53,850 nt of DNA from Bacilli bacterium (GTDB lineage: Bacteria; Bacillota_I; Bacilli_A; RF39; UBA660). Shown piece after piece: positions 1-9,094 of this stretch; the first letter of the stretch is position 1; every line of letters starts with the position of its first letter. A model generated the notes under the pieces. That model saw nothing but the letters and a program-made list of their open reading frames with translations, searched no databases and was not told the origin of the DNA. The position numbers and the translations under genes are program-made. The DNA lies in NCBI GenBank assembly GCA_028699175.1, contig JAQVVC010000001.1, positions 1 to 53,850 on the forward strand, read 5' to 3'.

Positions 1-1
1 A

Positions 2-91
2 AAGAAAACGGCAGAATTATTAAAAGAAACAGCTACTAAACTTGATAATAAGCAAAAAGAAAGTACTCCTAAAACAACACCTAAAAAATAA
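2..91 (+). CDS. 3' end of an upstream ORF (partial, unknown function)
   Basis: Frame 2 is open from the window edge (...KKTAELLKETATKLDNKQKESTPKTTPKK*) with TAA at 89-91. A short hairpin (aacac/gtgtt) and T-run follow at about 90-110. Too short to assign a family. Confidence 0.4.
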   Translation, partial: KKTAELLKETATKLDNKQKESTPKTTPKK

Positions 92-126
92 CACTACAAG
101 TGTTTTTTTATTTTAAACTATCATGA

Positions 127-155
127 TTGACTTAAAAAATATATTTTGTTATACT
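127..155 (+). promoter_or_regulatory. sigma-A type promoter for the T-box/dut-tyrS unit
   Basis: TTGACT (127-132), 17-nt spacer, TATACT (150-155). Confidence 0.55.
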
Positions 156-159
156 TTAT

Positions 160-292
160 TTGTTAATGAAGAAGGGATTTACACTCCTGAAGTTAAAGCG
201 TATTCTTGCGTTAAAAGATAAAGAGCATGCAATCATGAATTAAGGTGGTACCGCGGCATTAGTCGTCCTTTAGTTTATGATTTTTTTTGGAG
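160..292 (+). promoter_or_regulatory. T-box leader (candidate tRNA-Tyr specificity)
   Basis: Canonical T-box sequence GGTGGTACCGCGG at 244-256 and a T8 run at 281-288, just before the SD GGAGG (289-293). UAC followed by A at 180-183 is a candidate specifier, and tyrS is in the operon. The leader is short and I could not trace a full stem I by eye. Confidence 0.7.
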
Positions 293-299
293 GTAAAAG

Positions 300-779
300 A
301 TGCGAAATTTTGAAAAAATATCATTTAATCAATATAAGAAAGATGTAAAAGATGATAAAAAATTATATGATACCTTTTCTTTACCAAAAAGAAAAACTAA
401 GTATTCAGCCGGTTATGATATAATTTCTTTAATTGAATATGAATTATTACCAGGTGAAAGTAAAGTTATTCCCACTGGATTAAAATGTATCTTCCCTGAG
501 GATGAATTTTTAATGATTGTTATTAGAAGTTCATTAGGATTTAAATATGGGATTAAATTAGCTAATCAAGTGGGGATAATTGATGCAGATTATTATAATA
601 ATGAAGATAATGAAGGCCATATTTTAGTTAAATTAGAAAATACTAGTAAAGAACCTTTTAAAATAAATATTGGTGATAGAGTAGCCCAAGGTATATTTAT
701 AAAATATAATATTGTAGATAATGAAGAAGAAATAAAAGATATTAGAAAGGGTGGATTTGGTTCCACAACGTGTAATTAA
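300..779 (+). CDS. dut: dUTP diphosphatase (trimeric dUTPase)
   Basis: 159 aa with AGYDI, GIIDADYY (G-x-ID-x-x-Y motif) and C-terminal RKGGFGST (motif V). Strong SD 7 nt upstream. Confidence 0.9.
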   Translation: MRNFEKISFNQYKKDVKDDKKLYDTFSLPKRKTKYSAGYDIISLIEYELLPGESKVIPTGLKCIFPEDEFLMIVIRSSLGFKYGIKLANQVGIIDADYYNNEDNEGHILVKLENTSKEPFKINIGDRVAQGIFIKYNIVDNEEEIKDIRKGGFGSTTCN

Positions 780-780
780 G

Positions 781-1956
781 ATGAAATTATTTGATGAATT
801 AAAATGGCGAGGACTAATTCAAGATGTAAGTAGTCCAAAATTAGAAGAAATGATTAACAAGGGAGACTTAACTTTTTATATTGGGACTGATCCAACTGCA
901 GAGTCTATGCATATAGGTCATTATTCTTCTTTTTCAGTAGCTAAAAGGCTTGCTGATGGGGGACATAAACCCATTTTATTAGTTGGGGGAGCAACTGGTT
1001 TGATAGGGGATCCTAAACCTAATAGCGAAAGACCAATGATAACGAAAGAAGAGTTAGAAAAAAATTATAAAGGATTAAGAAAACAAGTTGAAGATATCTT
1101 TGGTTTTGAAGTTGTAAATAATTATGATTGGTCTAAAGATATTAATTTTATCGATTATTTAAGAGATTATGGCAAATATTTTAGTTTAAATTATATGCTT
1201 GCTAAAGATACCGTTAAATCAAGATTAGATATTGGAATAACCTATACGGAATTTTCTTACATGATTCTTCAAGCTTTAGATTTTTTATGGTTGTATGAAA
1301 ATAAAAATTGTCTTCTTCAAATCGGTGGGCAAGATCAGTGGGGAAATATTACTGCTGGGATAGAATTAACTAGAAAAAAGATTGGGGCTGAAGTATTTGC
1401 TTTTACGATGCCACTTATTTTAGATGCCCATGGTAATAAATTTGGTAAAAGTGAAGGAAATGCTATTTGGCTTGATAAAAATTTAACTACTCCTTATGAA
1501 ATGTATCAATTCTTTATCAATCAAGATGATAAAATGATTATTAAATATTTAAAAATGTTATCTTTTTTAACTCCTGATGAAATTATGGAAATTGAAAAAT
1601 TGCATAATCAAAAACCAGAATTAAGAATCGCTCAAAAAGCTTTAGCTGAAGATATAATTACTTTTTTACACGGCAAAGAAGAGTTTATTAAAGCTCAAGA
1701 AATAAGCATTAAAATATTTAATGGTGAAAATACTGATATGATGCCAACATTAGTTATTTCAGGAAGTAAAAATATTATTGATGTTTTAGTTAATTCAAAT
1801 ATAGCCCCCTCAAAAAGTGAAGCTAGAAGACTTATTACTCAAGGTGGGATTGAAATAGACAAAGTAAAAATAATCGACCCTAATTATGAAATTGTTAAAA
1901 ATGAAGTTATTATCAAAAAGGGTAAAAAAAGTATCAACAAGATTATCTTAAAATAA
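781..1956 (+). CDS. tyrS: tyrosine--tRNA ligase
   Basis: Class I signatures MHIGH and KFGKS, plus a C-terminal S4-like domain (SKSEARRLITQGGIEID). Start placed at ATG 781 (MKLFDELKWRGL, a typical TyrS N-terminus) instead of the track start 751, which would overlap dut. Confidence 0.93.
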   Translation: MKLFDELKWRGLIQDVSSPKLEEMINKGDLTFYIGTDPTAESMHIGHYSSFSVAKRLADGGHKPILLVGGATGLIGDPKPNSERPMITKEELEKNYKGLRKQVEDIFGFEVVNNYDWSKDINFIDYLRDYGKYFSLNYMLAKDTVKSRLDIGITYTEFSYMILQALDFLWLYENKNCLLQIGGQDQWGNITAGIELTRKKIGAEVFAFTMPLILDAHGNKFGKSEGNAIWLDKNLTTPYEMYQFFINQDDKMIIKYLKMLSFLTPDEIMEIEKLHNQKPELRIAQKALAEDIITFLHGKEEFIKAQEISIKIFNGENTDMMPTLVISGSKNIIDVLVNSNIAPSKSEARRLITQGGIEIDKVKIIDPNYEIVKNEVIIKKGKKSINKIILK

Positions 1957-1957
1957 A

Positions 1958-1996
1958 AATACATAAGTGATTATTTCATTTCACTTATGTATTTTT
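1958..1996. terminator. bidirectional intrinsic terminator between tyrS and the convergent gene
   Basis: Stem aatacataagtga / tcacttatgtatt flanked by an A-run and a T-run. The 3' end of the minus-strand ORF lies inside the hairpin. Confidence 0.7.
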
Positions 1997-2279
1997 TTAA
2001 TGTTCTAGCATTTGGCTTAAAGATAATTTTTAATTGATTGTCTATTTCAACAATACCTTTAGCTCCTAATTTTTGAATAGCATCTTTATCAGCTAGAGTA
2101 ACATCTTTTAAAGTAACTTTAAATCTTGACATATTTACTTCGGTATCTAAAATATTGTCTTTTCCACCCAAATATTGAACTAATTTATTGATTTCAAAAG
2201 TAAAGTTTTTTTTGTTTAATTTTACTACAATTAAAGATATTATAGCTAAAACCGAAAATATAACAATATATTGCCACAT
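1971..2279 (-). CDS. small membrane-anchored protein with a PTS EIIB(Glc)-like domain lacking the phospho-cysteine
   Basis: N-terminal TM helix (WQYIVIFSVLAIISLIVV). Then LVQYLGGKDNILDTEVNMSRFKVTLKD...GAKGIVE...QLKIIF follows the EIIB pattern (L-GG-xNI....hC-TRLR), but Met-Ser replaces Cys-x-Thr. Confidence 0.55.
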   Translation of the reverse strand: MWQYIVIFSVLAIISLIVVKLNKKNFTFEINKLVQYLGGKDNILDTEVNMSRFKVTLKDVTLADKDAIQKLGAKGIVEIDNQLKIIFKPNARTLKKYISEMK

Positions 2280-2384
2280 AATTTATCACCATAACAATTA
2301 TACACCATATGTTAATAAAATTAAATCACTATTTTATAAAATCGACATAAAATATATTGAGTATATATGAAAGGGTGAAAATAT

Positions 2385-2840
2385 ATGTGTAATAATGAAA
2401 GACGCGATGGTGAAAACTGCATCGCGGAAATAATAAATGTTATAAACGTTTTACAACAAAATGCTTGTCCAAATAATTGTACTGATACATGTGATCGACC
2501 AACATTAGGTGGGGGACCAAGTTGTTTAATATGTAATACTCGACCAATTCAATTGTTTACATGTTGTGGTAACGGAGTACCATTTAGCATGCCAGTATGT
2601 AAAGATGATGTAGAAGTATGTTCTAATCCGGAAGAATTAAATCCTTCTCGTGATTGTTCTTCAGTATTTAGAGTTGAAAAACTAGAAGGAAATTGTGCTA
2701 CATTTAGAGTATTAATACCTAATAAAGGTCATGATGAATGTAATATGCCATGGTTAGCTACAAATAGTTTCTTTACAATGGATTTAAACTGTGTTTGTGC
2801 AGTAAGATGTTTAAACGATACTTTTGTCGAATGCGTATAA
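2385..2840 (+). CDS. CotZ/CotY-family spore coat / exosporium-like cysteine-rich protein
   Basis: 151 aa with 18 Cys. VFRVEKLEGNCATFRVL and DLNCVCAVRCLND resemble my recollection of B. subtilis CotZ (FFRVERVHGSCATL; DLDCFCAINCLNP). SD GGGTGA upstream; monocistronic between two terminators. Confidence 0.7.
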   Translation: MCNNERRDGENCIAEIINVINVLQQNACPNNCTDTCDRPTLGGGPSCLICNTRPIQLFTCCGNGVPFSMPVCKDDVEVCSNPEELNPSRDCSSVFRVEKLEGNCATFRVLIPNKGHDECNMPWLATNSFFTMDLNCVCAVRCLNDTFVECV

Positions 2841-2868
2841 AAAAACGAGTTTTAATCTCGTTTTTTTT
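2841..2868. terminator. bidirectional intrinsic terminator
   Basis: aaaaacgag-ttttaat-ctcgttttttt: stem flanked by an A-run and a T-run, between convergent genes. Confidence 0.65.
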
Positions 2869-3571
2869 ATTTATAAAAATTATTTATATATTCTTGATAG
2901 GCCTTATATTCATAAGTATCGGTTATTTCTTGATATTTAATTTTCTTTTTAATTAAAATATCTTTGACAATATAATCTGTGAAATGAGGATTTCTTATTA
3001 ATAAAGGTCCAATTAAATATGTTGCGAAAAAATTATTTTCTCGATATCCTTCATATGATGATTTATAATTATCAGCATATCCATTTATCACATTAAATAA
3101 ATGATTATAATTATTTTGCATTACGCAAGCTCTATTTTGAAATCCAATAATGGGAGGTAAATCTTTAAATTCCATTATTGATTCTCCGATAATTCTAACG
3201 GGATTTTGTTTAGCGTAATAATCAAATATATTTAATGCTTTATATTTAAAATTATTGATTTGAATAAATTTACCAAATAAATCTTTGGAGTTACCAGTTG
3301 AAATAAAATATTTATCTTTTTTTATATACTCTCTTATATCTTGAGTATCTTTTTTTAAATCATTAAGAGCTAGTAATAAATTTTCTTCACTACCACTACC
3401 AATATAAATAATATCATATTTATTAAATTTTTTATTATCTCCAATCGACAATAAATCAATAGTTACATCGACATTTTGCTTGTTAAAAGCATTTGTTAAA
3501 GCCAAAATATTTCCTTGTTCGCCATATAAATTTAATAAATCGTAATAAAGATGGGCTATTTTAATTTTCAT
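2867..3571 (-). CDS. gatD: GatD-like (CobQ-type glutamine amidotransferase) partner of MurT, apparently missing the Cys/His catalytic pair
   Basis: N-terminus MKIKIAHLYYDLLNLYGEQGNILAL and overall layout match GatD. It overlaps the murT stop. Start chosen at the second Met (3571). The nucleophile elbow reads FISTGNSKDLFGK (expected CGGxQxLGK) and the His motif reads TYLIGPL (expected TYLHGP). Confidence 0.7.
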   Translation of the reverse strand: MKIKIAHLYYDLLNLYGEQGNILALTNAFNKQNVDVTIDLLSIGDNKKFNKYDIIYIGSGSEENLLLALNDLKKDTQDIREYIKKDKYFISTGNSKDLFGKFIQINNFKYKALNIFDYYAKQNPVRIIGESIMEFKDLPPIIGFQNRACVMQNNYNHLFNVINGYADNYKSSYEGYRENNFFATYLIGPLLIRNPHFTDYIVKDILIKKKIKYQEITDTYEYKAYQEYINNFYK

Positions 3572-4913
3572 TATCTTCACCATTTTCTTCTTTTAAAAAT
3601 AAATTCTTTAATATCTCGATCATATCAAAACATACCATTGTAAAGATAGTACCAGTACTATTTTCTTTTAATATATTAATAATATCATCAATATTATGAA
3701 CTAAAATAATTTTATCTTCATCTAGACCAGAATTTATTAACCTTGTAGCAACATCAAATCTAAATCTTCCAATACAAAATATCCGATCAATATTCTCAGT
3801 ATCTAAACAATTAAAATCAATATCATAAAGCCATGATAAATCATTATATTTATAACGTCTTGATACATTATTGAAACCTAAAATAATTGTTTTATTATCT
3901 TTATATTGATTAATTATATTTAAACTTTGTAAATAACTTAAATTGTTTTCATTTTTTGATTCAAGCATAATAACTTCGCGATTATCTAGTCTTAAATTAT
4001 GCATTCTTTTAGGTTTAGATACATTTTCATTAAGTGATTTTAATATCTCTTCATCTTTTAAACCAATTGTTTTACATAAAGTATAAGCTGCTAAAGTATA
4101 GTAGGCTGCAAATAATACGCTTGTATTTAAATGAACTTTATTATTTTCGATAAACATTTCTGATAATTCTAAATTTACTTTTTTTCCTTTATAATCTAAT
4201 TTTCTTTGATAATTACAATTATCACATTTATAGTTTCCTAAATGTCCATAGTGATAAAAACTATAATTTAATTTTTTATTACATACTGGGCAGTAAGCAG
4301 CATCAATATTATTACTTATGGGGGTATTTATACTATAAAGCGTTTTATCTATCCCATAAGTTGTTATCTTGCCTTGATGTTTTAACGTCATTTGATTTAC
4401 TAATGAGTCATCAACATTTAGTATTAAATGAGTATCTTCTGTAATCGATGTCAATATTTTATTAAAAATAGATTCTGGTGTGCTGTTTCTAGCTGGTTGG
4501 TCTCTAGTAATATTAGTAACTATTAGATGAGTTAAAGTACTTTGTTTAAATGTTTCTTTAATAAAAGATTCATCTAATTCTAAAAGTAAAATATCGGCTT
4601 TTATTTTAGTTGTTAATGTACTACTATTATTTAATATTAAGGTAGCTATTCCATTTAATAAATTACTACCTGATTTATTCCATACTACTTTATAATCATT
4701 ATCCTTTAATATATGCGCTATTAAGTTAGTAGTAGAACCCTTACCTGATGAACCAGTAACACCAATTACATATTTAGGATATTTTATTTTTTCTAATATA
4801 TTTCGATCTAGTTTTAATACTAAACTAGCAGGAAAAACACTAGCATTTCGACCTAATAACTTACATATTAAGGTAATTAGTTTATTTAATAATATTATAA
4901 TTCTTAATTTCAC
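3561..4913 (-). CDS. murT: MurT, lipid II isoglutaminyl synthase ligase subunit (Mur ligase family with DUF1727-type C-terminus)
   Basis: P-loop VIGVTGSSGKGSTTNLIA and the MurT-typical Cys4 ribbon CPVCNKKL...YKCDNCNYQR, with a GatD-like gene immediately downstream. Confidence 0.85.
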   Translation of the reverse strand: MKLRIIILLNKLITLICKLLGRNASVFPASLVLKLDRNILEKIKYPKYVIGVTGSSGKGSTTNLIAHILKDNDYKVVWNKSGSNLLNGIATLILNNSSTLTTKIKADILLLELDESFIKETFKQSTLTHLIVTNITRDQPARNSTPESIFNKILTSITEDTHLILNVDDSLVNQMTLKHQGKITTYGIDKTLYSINTPISNNIDAAYCPVCNKKLNYSFYHYGHLGNYKCDNCNYQRKLDYKGKKVNLELSEMFIENNKVHLNTSVLFAAYYTLAAYTLCKTIGLKDEEILKSLNENVSKPKRMHNLRLDNREVIMLESKNENNLSYLQSLNIINQYKDNKTIILGFNNVSRRYKYNDLSWLYDIDFNCLDTENIDRIFCIGRFRFDVATRLINSGLDEDKIILVHNIDDIINILKENSTGTIFTMVCFDMIEILKNLFLKEENGEDNEN

Positions 4914-5164
4914 TCTTGCTTCACCTAACTAAATTATAACATAAATAATTACTATTATTATACACCCTCTTATTTTTTTGACACCTGATAAGACACTTTT
5001 TTATTTTTTAATTCTGGTTATAATTAAATCTTAAGTAAATGTAATATTAAATAAATAATAGGTTGACTAACTCTTGCAAAATTTTTTTAGTAAAATAAAA
5101 GAAAAAATGGTATTATATATGTTAGTATCCATATTTTTTTAAATAACAATAATTATGGTTATAA

Positions 5165-5193
5165 TTGAAATAAACTATTATCTATAGTATAAT
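5165..5193 (+). promoter_or_regulatory. sigma-A type promoter upstream of ftsA
   Basis: TTGAAA (5165-5170), 17-nt spacer, TATAAT (5188-5193). SD AGAGGGA lies before ATG 5220. Confidence 0.5.
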
Positions 5194-5219
5194 TTAAAAT
5201 GTAAAATAAGAGGGAATAT

Positions 5220-6461
5220 ATGAGAGAGATTATTAGTAGTATTGATATTGGAACTGATAAAATTAAATTAGTAGTCGGAGAGTATTTAAATAATGATTTT
5301 AATATTTTATGTGCTTTAGATGAACCTACTATTGGTTTTGAAAATTATAATATTATTAATGAATATGACCTTATTAAAGGGATTAAAAGAATTGTTGATC
5401 AAGCAAATCGAAAATTAAATTTTAAGCTTAAAAAAATAATTGTTAATATACCTACTAATTTAAATGATTTTGTTATTAGTGATGCTACTTTGACTATTAA
5501 GAATGAAGATTTAACTGTTACAAGTCAAGATATATTAAAAGTTATTAAAAATACTGCTTATAATAAAATAAATATTAATAATGAATTAATTAGTGCAATT
5601 CCTATTCATTTTAGAGTAGGGGATAATGAAACTAAAGATCCATTTAATAAAAAAGGTAAGAATATTAGTGCTAAAACAGTCTTAGTTACAGCATCTAAGA
5701 GAGAAGTTTATGATATAATATCAATTGTTGAAAAGTGTGGATTAGAAGTAATTGAAATAACAACAACTGGTCTAGTAGATTATTATAATTTTAGAAATGA
5801 TTATTTAGATAGTAAAACTGGTATTATAGTTAATATAGGTCATTCTAAAACTCAAGTTAGTGTTTTTAGTAAAGGAATATATATAAATAATGAAGTACTT
5901 CCAATAGGGGGAGAAAATATAAATAAAGATATTTCTTTTATATATAAAGTAAAAAGAAAAGATGCTATTAAATTAAAAGAAAATTTAGCCTTAGCTAATA
6001 TTAGAAGAGCAAATCCCAAAGAAAAGATGATATTAACTAATAAAGAAGGAGAAAAGCTAGATATAAACCAATATGAATTAACGGAAATTGTATCTAGTAG
6101 AGTAATAGAAATACTAAAATTGATTAAAACTTCAATTAACCACTTAACAAAAAAGAAAATTAGTTATATAATTATAACAGGAGGCTTAACGGAGTTAAAA
6201 GATTTTAATATTTCTTTAACATCTTTATTTGGAGATACCGCACAAATAGGAGAAATTAACAATTTAGGTGCTCGTAATAATAAGTATAGTGTATGTATAG
6301 GAATGATAGAGTATTTTAAAGATAAGCTGAGATTAAGACATAGGAAGTATTCAACAGTAGGTAATATTGATATTGAATTAATGTGTAATACCGATTCTAA
6401 AATATCGGAGGCAAATGATTCAATATTAGGAAAAGTATTTGGATATTTTTTTGATAATTAA
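5220..6461 (+). CDS. ftsA: cell division protein FtsA
   Basis: Actin-like ATPase motifs (SIDIGTDKIKLVVGE, ITGGLTEL) and a C-terminal amphipathic tail (ILGKVFGYFF). Directly upstream of ftsZ. Confidence 0.9.
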   Translation: MREIISSIDIGTDKIKLVVGEYLNNDFNILCALDEPTIGFENYNIINEYDLIKGIKRIVDQANRKLNFKLKKIIVNIPTNLNDFVISDATLTIKNEDLTVTSQDILKVIKNTAYNKININNELISAIPIHFRVGDNETKDPFNKKGKNISAKTVLVTASKREVYDIISIVEKCGLEVIEITTTGLVDYYNFRNDYLDSKTGIIVNIGHSKTQVSVFSKGIYINNEVLPIGGENINKDISFIYKVKRKDAIKLKENLALANIRRANPKEKMILTNKEGEKLDINQYELTEIVSSRVIEILKLIKTSINHLTKKKISYIIITGGLTELKDFNISLTSLFGDTAQIGEINNLGARNNKYSVCIGMIEYFKDKLRLRHRKYSTVGNIDIELMCNTDSKISEANDSILGKVFGYFFDN

Positions 6462-6473
6462 GGAGAGATTATA

Positions 6474-7523
6474 GTGTTTGGATTAGAAATGGATCAAATT
6501 GCAAAAATTAAAGTTATAGGTGTTGGTGGCGGTGGATGTAATGCCGTTAATCGCATGATTGAATCTGGCGTTAAAGGAGTCGAGTTTATAGTAGCTAATA
6601 CTGATTTGCAAGTATTAAATGCTTCTAAAGCTACTAATAAATTACAAATGGGAGAATCCATGACTGGAGGACTTGGCGCTGGTGCTAACCCTGAAGTAGG
6701 TCGTGAAGCTGCTCTTGAAAGTAAAGAAGAAATTAAAGAATCTTTAAAAGGAGCAGATATGGTTTTTGTTACTTGTGGTATGGGTGGAGGAACTGGTACT
6801 GGTGCAGCACCAATTATTGCCGAAATAGCTCAAGATTTAGGAGCTCTTACCGTAGGTATTGTAACTAAACCATTTCGATTTGAAGGAAAGAAAAGAACTG
6901 AACAAGCAGTTATTGGAATAGATGAATTAAGAAAACATGTTGATACTTTAATAGTTATCCCTAATGATCGATTAAGAGATATTATTGATAAAGCAACTCC
7001 AATGTTAGATGCTTTTAAAGAAGTAGATAATGTCCTTCATAGAGGGGTCCAATCGATAAGTGATTTAATAGCAGTATCTGGTTTAGTTAACTTAGACTTT
7101 GCTGATGTTAAAGCTGTTATGGAAAAAAGAGGTAATGCCTTAATAGGTATTGGTTTAGGAGTTGGAGAAAATAGAGCAATTGAAGCTGCTAAACAAGCTG
7201 TCTCTTCACCATTATTAGAAACAAGTGTAAGTGGAGCAAAAGATGCTATTGTAAATGTAACCGGTGGGATAAATTTAGCATTATTTGAAGTTGAAGATGC
7301 CGTTGAAGTAGTAAGACAATCTGCTAATACGGAAATTAATATTATTTTTGGGGCAGTCATAAATGAAAACTTAAATGATGAAGTAATAGTAACCGTAATT
7401 GCTACTGGATTTGATGATGATGATGGTACTATTAATAAATTAGAAGAAAGACCAAGATCAATTATTGATGATGAAACAGATTTTGATATTCCACCATTTT
7501 TAAGAGATCGCGAAAATTTATAA
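6474..7523 (+). CDS. ftsZ: cell division protein FtsZ
   Basis: [17 protein letters not shown], tubulin signature [12 protein letters not shown], and a conserved C-terminal peptide DIPPFLR. GTG start 5 nt after AAGGAGAG. Confidence 0.97.
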   Translation: MFGLEMDQIAKIKVIGVGGGGCNAVNRMIESGVKGVEFIVANTDLQVLNASKATNKLQMGESMTGGLGAGANPEVGREAALESKEEIKESLKGADMVFVTCGMGGGTGTGAAPIIAEIAQDLGALTVGIVTKPFRFEGKKRTEQAVIGIDELRKHVDTLIVIPNDRLRDIIDKATPMLDAFKEVDNVLHRGVQSISDLIAVSGLVNLDFADVKAVMEKRGNALIGIGLGVGENRAIEAAKQAVSSPLLETSVSGAKDAIVNVTGGINLALFEVEDAVEVVRQSANTEINIIFGAVINENLNDEVIVTVIATGFDDDDGTINKLEERPRSIIDDETDFDIPPFLRDRENL

Positions 7524-7538
7524 TAAATAAGAAAATAC

Positions 7539-7565
7539 GACACAAAATACAGTGTCTTTTTTTTA
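7539..7565 (+). terminator. weak intrinsic terminator after ftsZ
   Basis: gacac-aaaataca-gtgtc followed by T9. The stem is only 5 bp. Confidence 0.45.
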
Positions 7566-7577
7566 TAATCAATTTAG

Positions 7578-8351
7578 GTGATGCCTATTATTATATATAT
7601 TGATTTAGTAATATTAATTAATTTTATTATTGATTTATTACTTCTTATTAGTGTCGATCTCCTTTTAAAAAGAAAAACAAAATTTAAAAGAATAATTATA
7701 GCATCTCTATTAGGAAGTATATCTACTTTATTATTATTTTATATTAATAATAATTTTATATTATTATTATTTAAACTTTTAATTAGTATATTAATGGTTG
7801 TAATAGCTTTTAAATATGAAACATTTAACTATTTTAAAGATAATATAATATGGCTTTATATATTAGGAATAATATTAGGAGGAACAATATTTCTTCTTAA
7901 TAATCAAATCGCTCTAGTTAATAATGGTTTAGTATTTTCAGAAAAGGGTTTTAAAATTAATATAATTATTTTATGTATTATAAGTCCAATAATAATTTAT
8001 AAATATTTACAATATCACAAAAGTTTTCAAGATATCTATTCTGAAACTTATGATGTAGACATATATTATAAAGGAATCAAAATTACAGGTACTGGTTTTT
8101 TAGATACTGGTAATAGATTAAAAGACCCATATTTTGGAAGACCAATCATCTTAATTAATAAAGATCTTATTAAAAAAAAAGTTAATACTTTTTTAGTTCC
8201 TTATAATTCTGCCGGATACAAAGGCATGCTTAAAGTATTTAAACCTGATAAAGTTATAATAAATGATAAAAGCACTAAAAAAGTATTAATTGGTTTATCG
8301 GATGTTAATTTAAACGGTATTAAAATAATTTTAAATACGGAGGTAATATGA
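7578..8351 (+). CDS. spoIIGA: sigma-E processing peptidase SpoIIGA
   Basis: Five N-terminal TM helices and the aspartic protease motif GFLDTGNRLKDP. Position upstream of and overlapping sigE. The start may be ATG 7581. Confidence 0.9.
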   Translation: MMPIIIYIDLVILINFIIDLLLLISVDLLLKRKTKFKRIIIASLLGSISTLLLFYINNNFILLLFKLLISILMVVIAFKYETFNYFKDNIIWLYILGIILGGTIFLLNNQIALVNNGLVFSEKGFKINIIILCIISPIIIYKYLQYHKSFQDIYSETYDVDIYYKGIKITGTGFLDTGNRLKDPYFGRPIILINKDLIKKKVNTFLVPYNSAGYKGMLKVFKPDKVIINDKSTKKVLIGLSDVNLNGIKIILNTEVI

Positions 8352-9040
8352 AAAAAATATTATTATGGTTATGTAAAATATTAAAAATAAGAAGTGAATT
8401 ATTATTTGTTGGTAGTGCTGATATTCTTCCCCCTCCTTTATCAAAAGAAGAAGAATTAAATTATATTTTAAGTTTTAAAAAAGGAGACCTAGAGGCAAGA
8501 GATAAACTTATTGAACATAATTTAAGACTAGTTGTTTTTTTATCTAAAAAATATGAAAGTACTGGCTATGATATTGAAGATTTAGTAAGTATTGGATCAA
8601 TTGGTTTAATTAAAGGTATTCAAACTTATAAACCAGATAAAAATATTAAATTAGCAACCTACTGTAGTAGATGTATTACTAATGAAATATTAATGTTTAT
8701 TAGAAAAAATAAACGCCGAAAATCTGAAATTAGTTTTGAAGATGCTATTAATTTTGATCCGGAAGGAAACGAATTACATTTAGAAGATATTTTAGGTACT
8801 GAAGAAGATGTTGTATATAAAAGTTTTGAAGAAAAAATCGATAAAGAAAATTTAGAAAAAGAATTAAATTTACTTACCGAAAGAGAAAAAATAATTATGA
8901 CATTAAGATATGGTTTAAATAATACTGATGATTATACCCAAAAAGAAGTAGCTGAAATGTTAGGGATAAGTCAGTCATATATATCAAGAATCGAAAAAAA
9001 AGTTATTAAAAAAGTTAAGTCATTATTAGAAAGTAGATAA
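8348..9040 (+). CDS. sigE: sporulation sigma factor SigE (pro-sigma-E)
   Basis: N-terminal pro-sequence, then ILPPPLSKEEE, region 2 HNLRLVVFLSKKY and region 4 HTH QKEVAEMLGISQSYISRIEKK. Overlaps spoIIGA by ATGA. Confidence 0.93.
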   Translation: MKKILLWLCKILKIRSELLFVGSADILPPPLSKEEELNYILSFKKGDLEARDKLIEHNLRLVVFLSKKYESTGYDIEDLVSIGSIGLIKGIQTYKPDKNIKLATYCSRCITNEILMFIRKNKRRKSEISFEDAINFDPEGNELHLEDILGTEEDVVYKSFEEKIDKENLEKELNLLTEREKIIMTLRYGLNNTDDYTQKEVAEMLGISQSYISRIEKKVIKKVKSLLESR

Positions 9041-9050
9041 TTTGAATAAA

Positions 9051-9091
9051 AAAAGCTCCTTAAAACCAAGATAACTTTGGAAGGAGTTTTT
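9051..9091 (+). promoter_or_regulatory. hairpin that terminates the spoIIGA-sigE unit and sequesters the sigG ribosome-binding site
   Basis: aaaagctcctt (9051-9061) pairs with aaggagtttt (9081-9090) for about 11 bp including one G-U, with a 19-nt loop and a following T-rich tract. The 3' arm is the AAGGAG SD of sigG. Confidence 0.55.
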
Positions 9092-9094
9092 TAT

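Noticed and set aside
751-780. Upstream start for tyrS at 751, overlapping dut
   Set aside because: The extension MDLVPQRVIK has no counterpart in TyrS N-termini. ATG 781 gives the canonical MKLFDELKWRGL start and removes a 29-nt overlap.
2188-2370. 60-aa plus-strand ORF
   Set aside because: It overlaps the 5' end of the minus-strand EIIB-like gene and the promoter region of the coat gene. It has no SD and is a low-complexity AT-rich translation.
7037-7543. 168-aa minus-strand ORF
   Set aside because: It lies entirely antisense to ftsZ, which has unambiguous signatures. The product is low-complexity and Ser/Thr/Ile-rich, with no SD. It is a shadow ORF.
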